A stretch of DNA of 31,894 nt, taken from the sequence record DRR723986_3475; one strand, 5' to 3'. A program made the position numbers and the translations under genes. Shown piece after piece: positions 18,298-26,923 of the stretch. Every line of letters begins with the position of its first letter. Positions within the stretch are counted from its first letter, which is position 1. The notes under the pieces are model-generated. The model ran no database searches and had not been told where the DNA came from. It saw nothing but the letters and a program-made list of their open reading frames with translations.

Positions 18298-19640
18298 ACG
18301 CCTTAATTATTATCATATCAATTGGCGTGACGATTCTGTCGATTCGACTCTTTAAGATGGCTTGTGGTTCTATGTCACCGTTGAAATTAAATACAGTGAG
18401 TTATGTGTTTTATTTTCAAATTGTCACAAGTGGCTTGGTAGCATCAGTATTGTTAGCAATTGGTGCTTTGGATTATCATCCGGATATGGAAATAGTTTCG
18501 GATTCAGTAAAATTGGAAACCTGGATTTGGACAATGTATTCTCTAATCAGTATGCCATTGGCAATGATTGCATTTAATAAGTTTTTGGGTGTAAATATTA
18601 ATGAGTCTTTTCATAAATACCTTAACGCCCCTGTTTCTTTGAGCGGTTCTACTATTGGTAATCAATTGGTTCAAGTCTGTTTCTCTTTACTTGCAATTTC
18701 AGTTTTGATTTATGTCTTCATTAATACTAAAAGAATTCCGCTCTACACGTTGATTGTGGAGGGAGACCCTGAGCAGGCAAATATTGATAGGATAGTTTCA
18801 AGACGAGAATTCGGGGGCATTATTTACATTAAAAATTTATTTGGAATCATTGTGATTCCCGTGATAGCCTATTACAGTTATATCCTTTTAAGAAAAAATA
18901 GAAATTGGTTCAATTTTCTCATTTTTAGTATAAATTTTATGGTTGCCATTTTAATGGTAAGTCATGACGTTCAAAAAGCACCAATTGCATTTTTTATTTT
19001 AGGTTTTGCCATATTAGAAGTGTTTTTATCTAAAGGAATCAGTTTAAGGACAATGCTGTGGTTCGTGTGTCTACCAATAGGATTGTTGTTGATTGGATAC
19101 TCTCTGACCACTGATCATTCTTTTGGATCTCAAATATTCAATTTTAGTTCTGCTTTCTATGGTAGAACTTTTCTGGTAGGTTACTTCACATTTCCATTGT
19201 CAATGGAATTATTTCCTGAAATAATAACGCAACAAACCTATGGAGTGGGAATCCCCAGTTTCATTATTAACTCTTTGAATTTAGATGCTGTTGAGTCTGC
19301 ACGATTAATAAAAGCCTATGTTCATCCAGATAGTATAGCAAATGGAACTGGGAATCTGTATTCTGGTTTTTATATGGGAGAAGCCTGGGCTAATTATGGT
19401 TATTTGGGTCTGGTCATTGCTCCAGCAATTGTTGGGCTCGTAATTCAAGCCGTTCATCTATATGTAATTAAAAAACCAAAAACACCATTGTTGATGGCGT
19501 TTTATGCACTAATTACTGTCAAATGGCTAGTTGGCGCTGGCTTTACTAACTTCCTGTATTTGAAGTTGCTACTATGGCCGCTATTTTTATTCTTTGTGTT
19601 AAATTTCATTGTCCAAAAACTTATCCAATTTAAGAAATGA
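18294..19640 (+). CDS. wzy: Wzy-type O-antigen/polysaccharide polymerase
   Basis: About 11-12 TM segments with two periplasmic loops; QKAPI and GEAWANYG motifs; ATGA overlap with wzx. Confidence 0.72.
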   Translation: MNALIIIISIGVTILSIRLFKMACGSMSPLKLNTVSYVFYFQIVTSGLVASVLLAIGALDYHPDMEIVSDSVKLETWIWTMYSLISMPLAMIAFNKFLGVNINESFHKYLNAPVSLSGSTIGNQLVQVCFSLLAISVLIYVFINTKRIPLYTLIVEGDPEQANIDRIVSRREFGGIIYIKNLFGIIVIPVIAYYSYILLRKNRNWFNFLIFSINFMVAILMVSHDVQKAPIAFFILGFAILEVFLSKGISLRTMLWFVCLPIGLLLIGYSLTTDHSFGSQIFNFSSAFYGRTFLVGYFTFPLSMELFPEIITQQTYGVGIPSFIINSLNLDAVESARLIKAYVHPDSIANGTGNLYSGFYMGEAWANYGYLGLVIAPAIVGLVIQAVHLYVIKKPKTPLLMAFYALITVKWLVGAGFTNFLYLKLLLWPLFLFFVLNFIVQKLIQFKK

Positions 19641-20713
19641 AAGTATTGTTGGTAGCATATTATTTTGAACCTTTTGCTAGTGTAAGTGCGAAAAGAATGA
19701 CTTACTGGGCTCAAAATCTTAATAAGTTTGACGTAGAATGTCATGTTATTACATCCATTCCGCAAGAAGAGTCTAAACCTAATGTAACAGTAGTTCCTGA
19801 TGACGGATCTGCTGGATTGTTGGGGAAATTAATCAAAGATCAAGGTCTCACATGGAGAAAGAAGCTAATAGAGCATTTTAATAATCATCCTACTTACCGT
19901 GAATACAGTTACGTTATTTTTTCAGGAGGGCCATTCATGCATTTCTCTGTCGCACAATTTCTGCAACGGAAATTCGGAATGAAAACTATTTTGGATTATA
20001 GAGACCCTTTCAGTAACAACCCAAGGCATAACAGTGGATTTCTAAAAAAAACAGTTCAATCTTATCTAGAAAAAAAGTTTAACAAATCAGCAGACCTTGT
20101 AATATCAGTAAACCAAGTTTGCGCCAATCATATCAACACCAACAAAAAGGTTGAGGTAATTATGAACGGATATGATGAAACCAGGTTGAACCAGATTGGA
20201 CGACACAGTGACACGATAAAAGGTCGATTGATAAATACTGGGAAATTGTATCAAGATTTTTCTGTTGTTCATTTGCTGGAGGTCATTCACTGCAATAACG
20301 ATTTGTCCTTTGAACAAATTGGTGAACAATCTGAATTAGTTGATGCTTATCAATCCGATAGATTACGGTCTTTTGATTTTATCCCATATGATTCAATGCT
20401 AAACAGAATTCAAGAAGCTGAAATAGCGGTTTTGATGACTGGCGGAAAACCTTTTGAATCGCCTACTAAGCTGTTTGATTACATAGCAATGAATAAAAAG
20501 ATTCTGGTCATTACACAGGGTGAAAAGAATACTGGAGCAATCCAAGATGTACTTTTTGATTACCCAAGTGTAAGGTGGGCAAAAAACACTGAGATTGAAA
20601 TTGAGGCCGCCATAAAAGAGTTGTTAAAAGAAGCTTTACAAGCCTATAATCCACAAAGATGTTCAAGATACGCATCATTGCAAAAGTTGGTGGAGTTATT
20701 AAAAGCTTTATGA
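19637..20713 (+). CDS. GT-B fold glycosyltransferase (GT4-like)
   Basis: MKVLLVAYYFEP...KRM, SGGPF, LDYRDPF, NGYD, TGKLY, PTKLFDY; ATGA overlaps at both ends. Confidence 0.78.
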   Translation: MKVLLVAYYFEPFASVSAKRMTYWAQNLNKFDVECHVITSIPQEESKPNVTVVPDDGSAGLLGKLIKDQGLTWRKKLIEHFNNHPTYREYSYVIFSGGPFMHFSVAQFLQRKFGMKTILDYRDPFSNNPRHNSGFLKKTVQSYLEKKFNKSADLVISVNQVCANHINTNKKVEVIMNGYDETRLNQIGRHSDTIKGRLINTGKLYQDFSVVHLLEVIHCNNDLSFEQIGEQSELVDAYQSDRLRSFDFIPYDSMLNRIQEAEIAVLMTGGKPFESPTKLFDYIAMNKKILVITQGEKNTGAIQDVLFDYPSVRWAKNTEIEIEAAIKELLKEALQAYNPQRCSRYASLQKLVELLKAL

Positions 20714-21810
20714 AAATATTATTCCTTTCCGACATCAACAATGTCCACACCAAAAAATGGGTGTCAGGATTATCAGAGCGGGGTTGTGAAATGATTGTTT
20801 TTGGCCTTTCAGCTCCAAAAGATGACTTTTATTCCAGCTGTAAGAACGTCACTATTAAGCATGCCGATTTTGACAATCAAAAAAGCTTGAGTATTTTAGG
20901 TAAAACTAAATATTTGAAGGTCAGAGGACAATTGAAAAAAATTGTGGGTCAATTTAATCCTGATCTAATTCATGCACATTATGCTACTAGTTATGGTCTT
21001 TTAGGATCACTGCTTGGATTTAAACCGTTTCTAATTTCTGTTTGGGGCAGTGATATTTATGATTTTCCAAATAAATCTGGTTTAAATAAGCGGATATTAA
21101 GAAGGAATTTAAAAAAAGCAACACATGTATTTTCGACAAGTTATTCAATGGCTCAAGAAACCGAGAAATATTGTGATAAGGAAATTACTGTCATCCCTTT
21201 TGGTGTCGATCTTAATTTATTCAGCCCTTCAATTCAATCTCAAAATAAAGACTCCGTTTTAACCATTGGAATCGTTAAAACACTTGAAAAAAATTACGGA
21301 ATAGATCTATTATTGCATGCGTTTCATGCTATCAAATTAGATAATCCAAAAATGACGTTTCATCTAAAGATCGTGGGTAAAGGTAGAGAAGAAAAAAATC
21401 TTAAATCTTTAGCTGAAAATCTAGGGATTAATAAAGATGTGACGTTTACGGGCTTTGTGGATAACAGCTTGATTCCAAGATTAATTAACGAAATGGATAT
21501 TGTAGTCATTCCATCTTATGCTGAGAGCTTTGGAGTTGCAGCAGTTGAAGCAGCAGCATGTGAAAAACCTGTTATAGCAACCAATGTTGGTGGCTTGCCT
21601 GAAGTAGTGCTGGACGGCGAGACGGGATTAATCTGTGAGGCGGGAAATTCTGAATCCATTAGACAAAAAATCCAACAATTAATTGATGATCCTGAGCTTA
21701 GAAAAAAAATGGGCGCGGCAGGTCGATTAAATGCTATTGAAAAATATAATTGGGAAAAGAACGTTGACTTCCAGATTTCAAAATATAAAGAGATTTTAAG
21801 GCTAATCTAA
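20710..21810 (+). CDS. Glycosyltransferase family 4 (paralogue A)
   Basis: PDLIHAHYATSYG, SVWGSD, ESFGVAAVEA (EX7E), PVIATNVGGLPE. Start ATG 20710 by alignment with paralogue B (ORF track start is 20659). Confidence 0.9.
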   Translation: MKILFLSDINNVHTKKWVSGLSERGCEMIVFGLSAPKDDFYSSCKNVTIKHADFDNQKSLSILGKTKYLKVRGQLKKIVGQFNPDLIHAHYATSYGLLGSLLGFKPFLISVWGSDIYDFPNKSGLNKRILRRNLKKATHVFSTSYSMAQETEKYCDKEITVIPFGVDLNLFSPSIQSQNKDSVLTIGIVKTLEKNYGIDLLLHAFHAIKLDNPKMTFHLKIVGKGREEKNLKSLAENLGINKDVTFTGFVDNSLIPRLINEMDIVVIPSYAESFGVAAVEAAACEKPVIATNVGGLPEVVLDGETGLICEAGNSESIRQKIQQLIDDPELRKKMGAAGRLNAIEKYNWEKNVDFQISKYKEILRLI

Positions 21811-21856
21811 AATCGATAGATTTTGCTTTAATTCAGAAAATTTCAAAATCTTAATA

Positions 21857-22960
21857 GTGAAAATATTATTCCTATCAGATATTAATAATGTACATACCAA
21901 AAAATGGGTTTCGGGACTCGCTAAAAGGGGCTGCCATGTGCTGGCTTATGGTCTGGCGGCTCCAAAAGATGATTTTTATACAGGCCTGAAAAATGTTGAA
22001 ATTGCTTATTCTGAATTCACAAATCAAGGTGGGCCTAGTAGATTAAGTAAAATCAAATATGTTACCGCAAAAAACAAGGTAAAGAGACTGTATAAAAATT
22101 TTCAGCCAGATATTGTGCATGCGCATTATGCAACTAGTTATGGTTTACTAGGGAGCTTCTTAAATCATCACCCATTTGCTATTTCCGTTTGGGGTGAGGA
22201 CGTATTTTCATTTCCAAAAGAATCCAAAATCAAGAATTTTATTTTTAGTAGAAACATTAGAAAAGCTGATGCAATTTTCTCAACAAGTATTGTGATGGCT
22301 AAGGAAACCAGAAAATACACCGAAAAAGAAGTTGTGGTGATTCCTTTTGGAGTAGATTTAAATCATTTTAAGAATTTAAATGATCATGGCCAAAGAGATA
22401 TCGTGAACATTGGGATTGTGAAAACGCTAGAAGACAAATATGGAATTTCTTATTTAATTAATGCCTTTGATATTTTAATCAAGAAATATCCTGATAAAAA
22501 ATTGAAACTCACCATTGTTGGTGCCGGTTCAAAAGAAGCCGAACTTAAAGATCAAGTGAAGAGCTTGAGGCTAGAAAACTTGGTTGAATTTACAGGTCGA
22601 ATTGACCATTCTAAAATTCCTGAGGCTTTTAATCAGATGGATATTGTAGTTATTCCGTCAGTTCTTGATGGAGAGAGTTTTGGGGTAGCGGCTGTTGAAG
22701 CTTCAGCCTGTGAGAAACCAGTCGTAGTATCTAATGTTGGCGGCTTGCCTGAAGTTATTCTTGATGGTGAAACTGGCCTAGTAGTTGAACCAAAAGATTC
22801 TAAATTACTGGCAGATAAAATTGAGATCCTAATTGAAGACCCAAAGCTTAGAGAACAAATGGGTAAAGCTGGCAGAAATAATGTAATTGCAAAGTATAAT
22901 TGGGAAGATAACTTAGATCTACAAATACAGCAATATCAAAAATTACTTAATCTCAATTAG
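21857..22960 (+). CDS. Glycosyltransferase family 4 (paralogue B)
   Basis: PDIVHAHYATSYG, SVWGED, ESFGVAAVEA, PVVVSNVGGLPE; GTG start. Confidence 0.9.
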   Translation: MKILFLSDINNVHTKKWVSGLAKRGCHVLAYGLAAPKDDFYTGLKNVEIAYSEFTNQGGPSRLSKIKYVTAKNKVKRLYKNFQPDIVHAHYATSYGLLGSFLNHHPFAISVWGEDVFSFPKESKIKNFIFSRNIRKADAIFSTSIVMAKETRKYTEKEVVVIPFGVDLNHFKNLNDHGQRDIVNIGIVKTLEDKYGISYLINAFDILIKKYPDKKLKLTIVGAGSKEAELKDQVKSLRLENLVEFTGRIDHSKIPEAFNQMDIVVIPSVLDGESFGVAAVEASACEKPVVVSNVGGLPEVILDGETGLVVEPKDSKLLADKIEILIEDPKLREQMGKAGRNNVIAKYNWEDNLDLQIQQYQKLLNLN

Positions 22961-23660
22961 TTTCCACTTTCTTAGAAAAGAAAACGAAAATTAATCCTGC
23001 TAAAAACACGTAAAGTGCCAAGAACAAAAGTAAGGGCCTTTTATTTTCTTTGAATGTTGCAACTGGTTTTACCAATTCGAAATTTGCCAATTTATTGCGT
23101 TCTTCTTCAAGTTCAAGTTGTTGCGCGTACAGGTTATATGAATCACTCGGAATCTTACTTAAAGCAAATGTTCCGTTTGAGTTTAACATGATTGAATCTA
23201 GTTGTTGAATCTTTTTTTCAATGAAAACTAGTTTTTTATCCAATATTTCGATATTTCTAAGCTCAGAATTTTTGATTAATTTATTCTCATTCAGTAAAGT
23301 AAGTACTTGGTTTTGTGTGCTTACCGCGTCCATGTCTTTGTTTAAAGTGGACAGTGTAAACGCAAGACCATTTGAACCTTTTTGAACATAAGTAACCTTG
23401 CATTCGCTTAAGGCAGTTTGAATCTCGTTAAAAGCGGCGCTTTCTAAATTGAAATGGCTTGAATCTAATTCAGTAAAATCAACTAAGCTTTTGAAAATTC
23501 CATAGTCGATAGCTCCTCCAGTTGTTTGAAAACCTGAAACATAATTGGGTTTCTGAAGTTTTTGATGCATGATTCCTCCAACCATTGCTAATACTAGTAA
23601 AACCACAAATAATATTTTGTTGTTTAATATTTTCTCTTTAATAAAACTCAATAGTTCCAT
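22953..23660 (-). CDS. Membrane protein with Wzz/polysaccharide co-polymerase-like topology
   Basis: N- and C-terminal TM helices flank a periplasmic domain with a coiled coil (IEILDKKLVFIEKKIQQLDS); Pro residues precede TM2; lies inside the glycan locus. Confidence 0.5.
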   Translation of the reverse strand: MELLSFIKEKILNNKILFVVLLVLAMVGGIMHQKLQKPNYVSGFQTTGGAIDYGIFKSLVDFTELDSSHFNLESAAFNEIQTALSECKVTYVQKGSNGLAFTLSTLNKDMDAVSTQNQVLTLLNENKLIKNSELRNIEILDKKLVFIEKKIQQLDSIMLNSNGTFALSKIPSDSYNLYAQQLELEEERNKLANFELVKPVATFKENKRPLLLFLALYVFLAGLIFVFFSKKVETN

Positions 23661-23677
23661 GCTGTTTGAATATTAAG

Positions 23678-23685
23678 CAAATATA
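23678..23685 (-). promoter_or_regulatory. -7 box (TATATTTG) for Wzz-like gene
   Basis: CAAATATA on the plus strand, in the divergent gap. Confidence 0.5.
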
Positions 23686-23729
23686 GTAAAGTTTTCACGC
23701 GGTTATTTTTTTAGGCTTACATAAAACCC

Positions 23730-23737
23730 TAGCTTTG
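23730..23737 (+). promoter_or_regulatory. -7 box (TAGCTTTG) for ligase/aminotransferase/transferase unit
   Basis: TAnnTTTG 7 nt before ATG 23745. Confidence 0.5.
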
Positions 23738-23744
23738 TTTGTGA

Positions 23745-24998
23745 ATGAATAAGGCTGAGAAAAGAGATTATTTTGATTGGATTGAATTAGGGATTTCATC
23801 ACTAATTGCTTTGTTCATGTTAATTGAGCAAAGGGTTATCGTTTACCTCTTGACAGCTTTGTTTGTAAATCTTATTGTTTCAGGATTTGTAAAAGGGTTT
23901 GCATTGCCGAAGAAGCAGTTGTTGCCGTTCATGGGCTTTTTTGCAATATATTTTATTGGACTATTGTTTACAGAAAATATGGATGAGGGATGGTCAGATA
24001 TTGAAACTAAAATGTCCTTTTTGGTGATGCCGCTCTTTTATGGAGTAAAAAAACGTATCAAACCAATAGAGCTAACGTGGTTGATATGGCCATTTGTAGC
24101 GGGCTCTATCTATTACCTCTCACTTTGTCTTTATGGCGCTTATGAGTGTTTTGAAATTGAAAAATCGCGTTTTTGCTTTGAAAGTGTAAGACTTTCAGGG
24201 GGTGTTCATCCGACTTACTTGGCCTTGTATTTAATAGCCGGGAGCTTTTTAATTGCTTATGATATCATAGAAAACAAAGCCTGGAAATGGATGAAATTTT
24301 CGATTGGTTTGCCCATAATTCTATTCTATTTCTATTTCATTTATAAGCTATACTCCTTAGGTCCATGGATGGGATTTTTTGGAATGCTGACCATTTTAAC
24401 TTTCGCTTATTTCTATTGGATTAAAAGATTGTTGATATTTGGTTTAGGTGTACTCGTTTTTGTGGGTGTTAGTTTTTTGGTTGTGCAAAAGCTAGATCTG
24501 TTAAGATCTGATTACGATACAGTTAAAAAAGAACTTTCAACCTATTTTGAGGATGAAAAGGCCTATATCGAAAAAAACCAGAATAACATCAACAGCGTTC
24601 CTGCTAGAATTCTACTTTGGAATTCTAGCATAGATTTTATTAAATCAAACCCTATGGGTGTTGGAACAGGGGATGTATCTGATGAACTATCCTCATATTA
24701 TGTAGATAAGGGAATGGTGGCATTTGCTGAAAAAAACCTGAATCCGCACTCGCAATATCTCCAAACTGCAGTCGCTTTAGGGATATTGGGAGGTTTGTAT
24801 CTTTTTGCAGTGATGATATACTACTTGTATCTAGGCTTCAAACACCGTAATTACTTGATACTGGCGTTGATTGGTTTATTTGCTTCTGCCAACTTATTTG
24901 AGTCTCTTTTTGAACGTCAAAAAGGAATTGTCTTCTTCATGTTTTTTTTAGTGATATTTGTAATTCAAATAAGTCATACAGAAGAATCAAAACAATAA
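23745..24998 (+). CDS. O-antigen ligase (WaaL / Wzy_C) family protein
   Basis: Multi-TM; HPTY, S..AR..LW..S...I..NPMGVGTGD, NPHSQYLQ....LGILG, FES.FERQ.G. Confidence 0.85.
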   Translation: MNKAEKRDYFDWIELGISSLIALFMLIEQRVIVYLLTALFVNLIVSGFVKGFALPKKQLLPFMGFFAIYFIGLLFTENMDEGWSDIETKMSFLVMPLFYGVKKRIKPIELTWLIWPFVAGSIYYLSLCLYGAYECFEIEKSRFCFESVRLSGGVHPTYLALYLIAGSFLIAYDIIENKAWKWMKFSIGLPIILFYFYFIYKLYSLGPWMGFFGMLTILTFAYFYWIKRLLIFGLGVLVFVGVSFLVVQKLDLLRSDYDTVKKELSTYFEDEKAYIEKNQNNINSVPARILLWNSSIDFIKSNPMGVGTGDVSDELSSYYVDKGMVAFAEKNLNPHSQYLQTAVALGILGGLYLFAVMIYYLYLGFKHRNYLILALIGLFASANLFESLFERQKGIVFFMFFLVIFVIQISHTEESKQ

Positions 24999-25001
24999 TA
25001 T

Positions 25002-26210
25002 ATGCTACCTTTTTCGCCGCCTAGAATGGACCAAGAAACAGTTGATGCTGTTGCAAAAGTACTATTGTCAGGATGGATTACTACTGGCCCAAACACCAAA
25101 GAATTTGAGAAAAGATTGACGGATTACGTAGGCTGTAAAAAGACCATATGTTTTAACTCAGCAACTGCTGGCCTTGAATTGGTTGCCAGATGGTTTGGGT
25201 TAAAAGAAGGTGACGAGGTAATCGTACCGGCATATACCTACTGCGCATCAGCAAATATTGTTTTGCACTGTGGCGCGACTGTTGTTTTAGTTGATATCGA
25301 CCAAAAAGATTTCAATCTGTCGGTTAAAACTATTGAAGGAGCGATTTCTGAGAAAACTAAAATAATTATTCCTGTGGATATAGGGGGTTGGCCTTGTGAT
25401 TATCCTGCAATCAATGAATTAGTGAATTCTCCAGAGGTAAAAAAAATGTTTACCCCTGAGAATGAAGTCCAGAAAAAATTAGGAAGGGTGCTGGTGTTAT
25501 CAGATGCAGCTCACTCTATTGGTGCAAGTTTAGACGGAGCTAAAACAGGGAGTTTAACTGATATTACGGTGTTTTCGTTTCACGCAGTTAAAAATTTGAC
25601 GACTTCTGAAGGAGGCGCGGTTTGTTTTAATTTGCCTGAGCAGTTTGATGCAGAAGAATTGTATAAAGAATTTAACATAAGATCATTACATGGTCAATCA
25701 AAAGATGCCTTGGCAAAAACTCAAATAGGGAATTGGCGCTATGACGTGCTTGAGCCAGGTTATAAATGCAATATGATGGATATTCAAGCTGCGATTGGAC
25801 TTGTCGAATTAGGTCGCTATGAATCAAGCTTGAAAAGAAGACGTGAGATTTTTGATTTTTACCGCCGATCTTTCGCAGATTTTGAATGGGCGGTTATCCC
25901 TGATTTTAAAGATGAGACAAAAGAAAGTTCATATCATTTATTCTTGTTAAGAATTAAAGATGCTTCAGAAGCACAACGAGATCAAATCATTCAAAAGATA
26001 TTTGAGAAAGAGGTATCAGTAAATGTGCACTTTCAACCTCTCCCTATGTTCACTGCATACAAAAAGTTAGGGTTCGATATGAATGATTATCCTGAGGCCT
26101 TTAATAAGTACAAAAATGTAATTACCCTGCCAGTTTACTTTAATCTAACAAATGATAATTTGAAAACGATCACAAGTGCAGTAATTCAATCTGTAAGTGA
26201 AGTGATATAA
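25002..26210 (+). CDS. DegT/DnrJ/EryC1/StrS sugar aminotransferase (WcfR/AatB-like)
   Basis: PFSPP, SGWITTGP, NSATAGL, GDEVIVPAYTY, DAAHS, FSFHAVKNLTTSEGG (PLP Lys), LHGQSKDALAK, WRYD; the KLGR...DAAH insert is as I recall it for WcfR-type enzymes. Confidence 0.92.
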   Translation: MLPFSPPRMDQETVDAVAKVLLSGWITTGPNTKEFEKRLTDYVGCKKTICFNSATAGLELVARWFGLKEGDEVIVPAYTYCASANIVLHCGATVVLVDIDQKDFNLSVKTIEGAISEKTKIIIPVDIGGWPCDYPAINELVNSPEVKKMFTPENEVQKKLGRVLVLSDAAHSIGASLDGAKTGSLTDITVFSFHAVKNLTTSEGGAVCFNLPEQFDAEELYKEFNIRSLHGQSKDALAKTQIGNWRYDVLEPGYKCNMMDIQAAIGLVELGRYESSLKRRREIFDFYRRSFADFEWAVIPDFKDETKESSYHLFLLRIKDASEAQRDQIIQKIFEKEVSVNVHFQPLPMFTAYKKLGFDMNDYPEAFNKYKNVITLPVYFNLTNDNLKTITSAVIQSVSEVI

Positions 26211-26216
26211 GGTAAC

Positions 26217-26801
26217 ATGAAGAGGTTGTTTGATATCATATCGTCTTTAATTGTTCTTGTATTATTGTTTCCCTTTTTTCTACTTGTTGCAATTTGGATA
26301 ATGTTAGATAGTCAAGGTGGGGTGTTTTATCGGCAGGTTAGGGTAGGTATGGATGGCAAAAATTTCAATCTCTTAAAGTTCAGGTCTATGACTGTAGGAG
26401 CCGACAAATCTGGACAATTAACAATTGGCAATGATGCGAGAATTACTCGATCTGGTAAATTTATTCGAAAAACTAAATTTGATGAATTCCCACAACTTAT
26501 TAATGTTATTAAAGGTGAAATGAGTATTGTCGGACCTAGACCAGAGGTTCCGAGATACGTGAAATTGTACACAGAGGACCAAAAAAAGGTACTTACTGTA
26601 AGGCCAGGTTTAACTGACTATGCAAGTTTAGAATATTTTGACGAACAAAGCATTTTAGGTGCATCAGATGATCCTGAAATGTCATATATAAATGAGGTTT
26701 TGCCAGCCAAATTAAACTTAAATCTTAAGTATATAACTGAGCAATCATTGCTAGTTGACTTCAAAATAATCTTCAGAACATTAGGAAAAATATTCAACTG
26801 A
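26217..26801 (+). CDS. Undecaprenyl-phosphate sugar-1-phosphate transferase (small monotopic PGT; WcfS/PglC-like)
   Basis: MKRLFDI, KFRSM, DARIT, DEFPQLINV.KGEMSIVGPRP, RPGLTD.AS. Confidence 0.92.
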   Translation: MKRLFDIISSLIVLVLLFPFFLLVAIWIMLDSQGGVFYRQVRVGMDGKNFNLLKFRSMTVGADKSGQLTIGNDARITRSGKFIRKTKFDEFPQLINVIKGEMSIVGPRPEVPRYVKLYTEDQKKVLTVRPGLTDYASLEYFDEQSILGASDDPEMSYINEVLPAKLNLNLKYITEQSLLVDFKIIFRTLGKIFN

Positions 26802-26809
26802 TTCCTAAT

Positions 26810-26881
26810 TACTTTCATTCATCTTTAAATTACGTTCATTCGTAGATTTTTAACGTTAATATCCAAATTTGCTACGTTAAT
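26810..26881 (+). promoter_or_regulatory. Four 9-bp direct repeats at 21-bp period (LytTR-type binding array)
   Basis: TACTTTCAT 26810, TACGTTCAT 26831, AACGTTAAT 26852, TACGTTAAT 26873; 12-bp spacers. Confidence 0.65.
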
Positions 26882-26923
26882 TTGTGGAAGGGTTTCATAA
26901 TTTAATACTCTCAAAAATTGGTC

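Noticed and set aside
24942-24949. T8 tract in the ligase gene (also A8 at 11751-11758 and 30147-30154, T7 at 17751-17757) as phase-variation sites
   Set aside because: Runs of 7-8 A/T are expected in DNA this AT-rich, and all affected frames are intact.
26810-26881. Phased repeats as a CRISPR remnant or iteron origin
   Set aside because: The units are only 9 bp with 12-bp spacers, there is no cas or rep gene, and the geometry fits transcription-factor boxes better.
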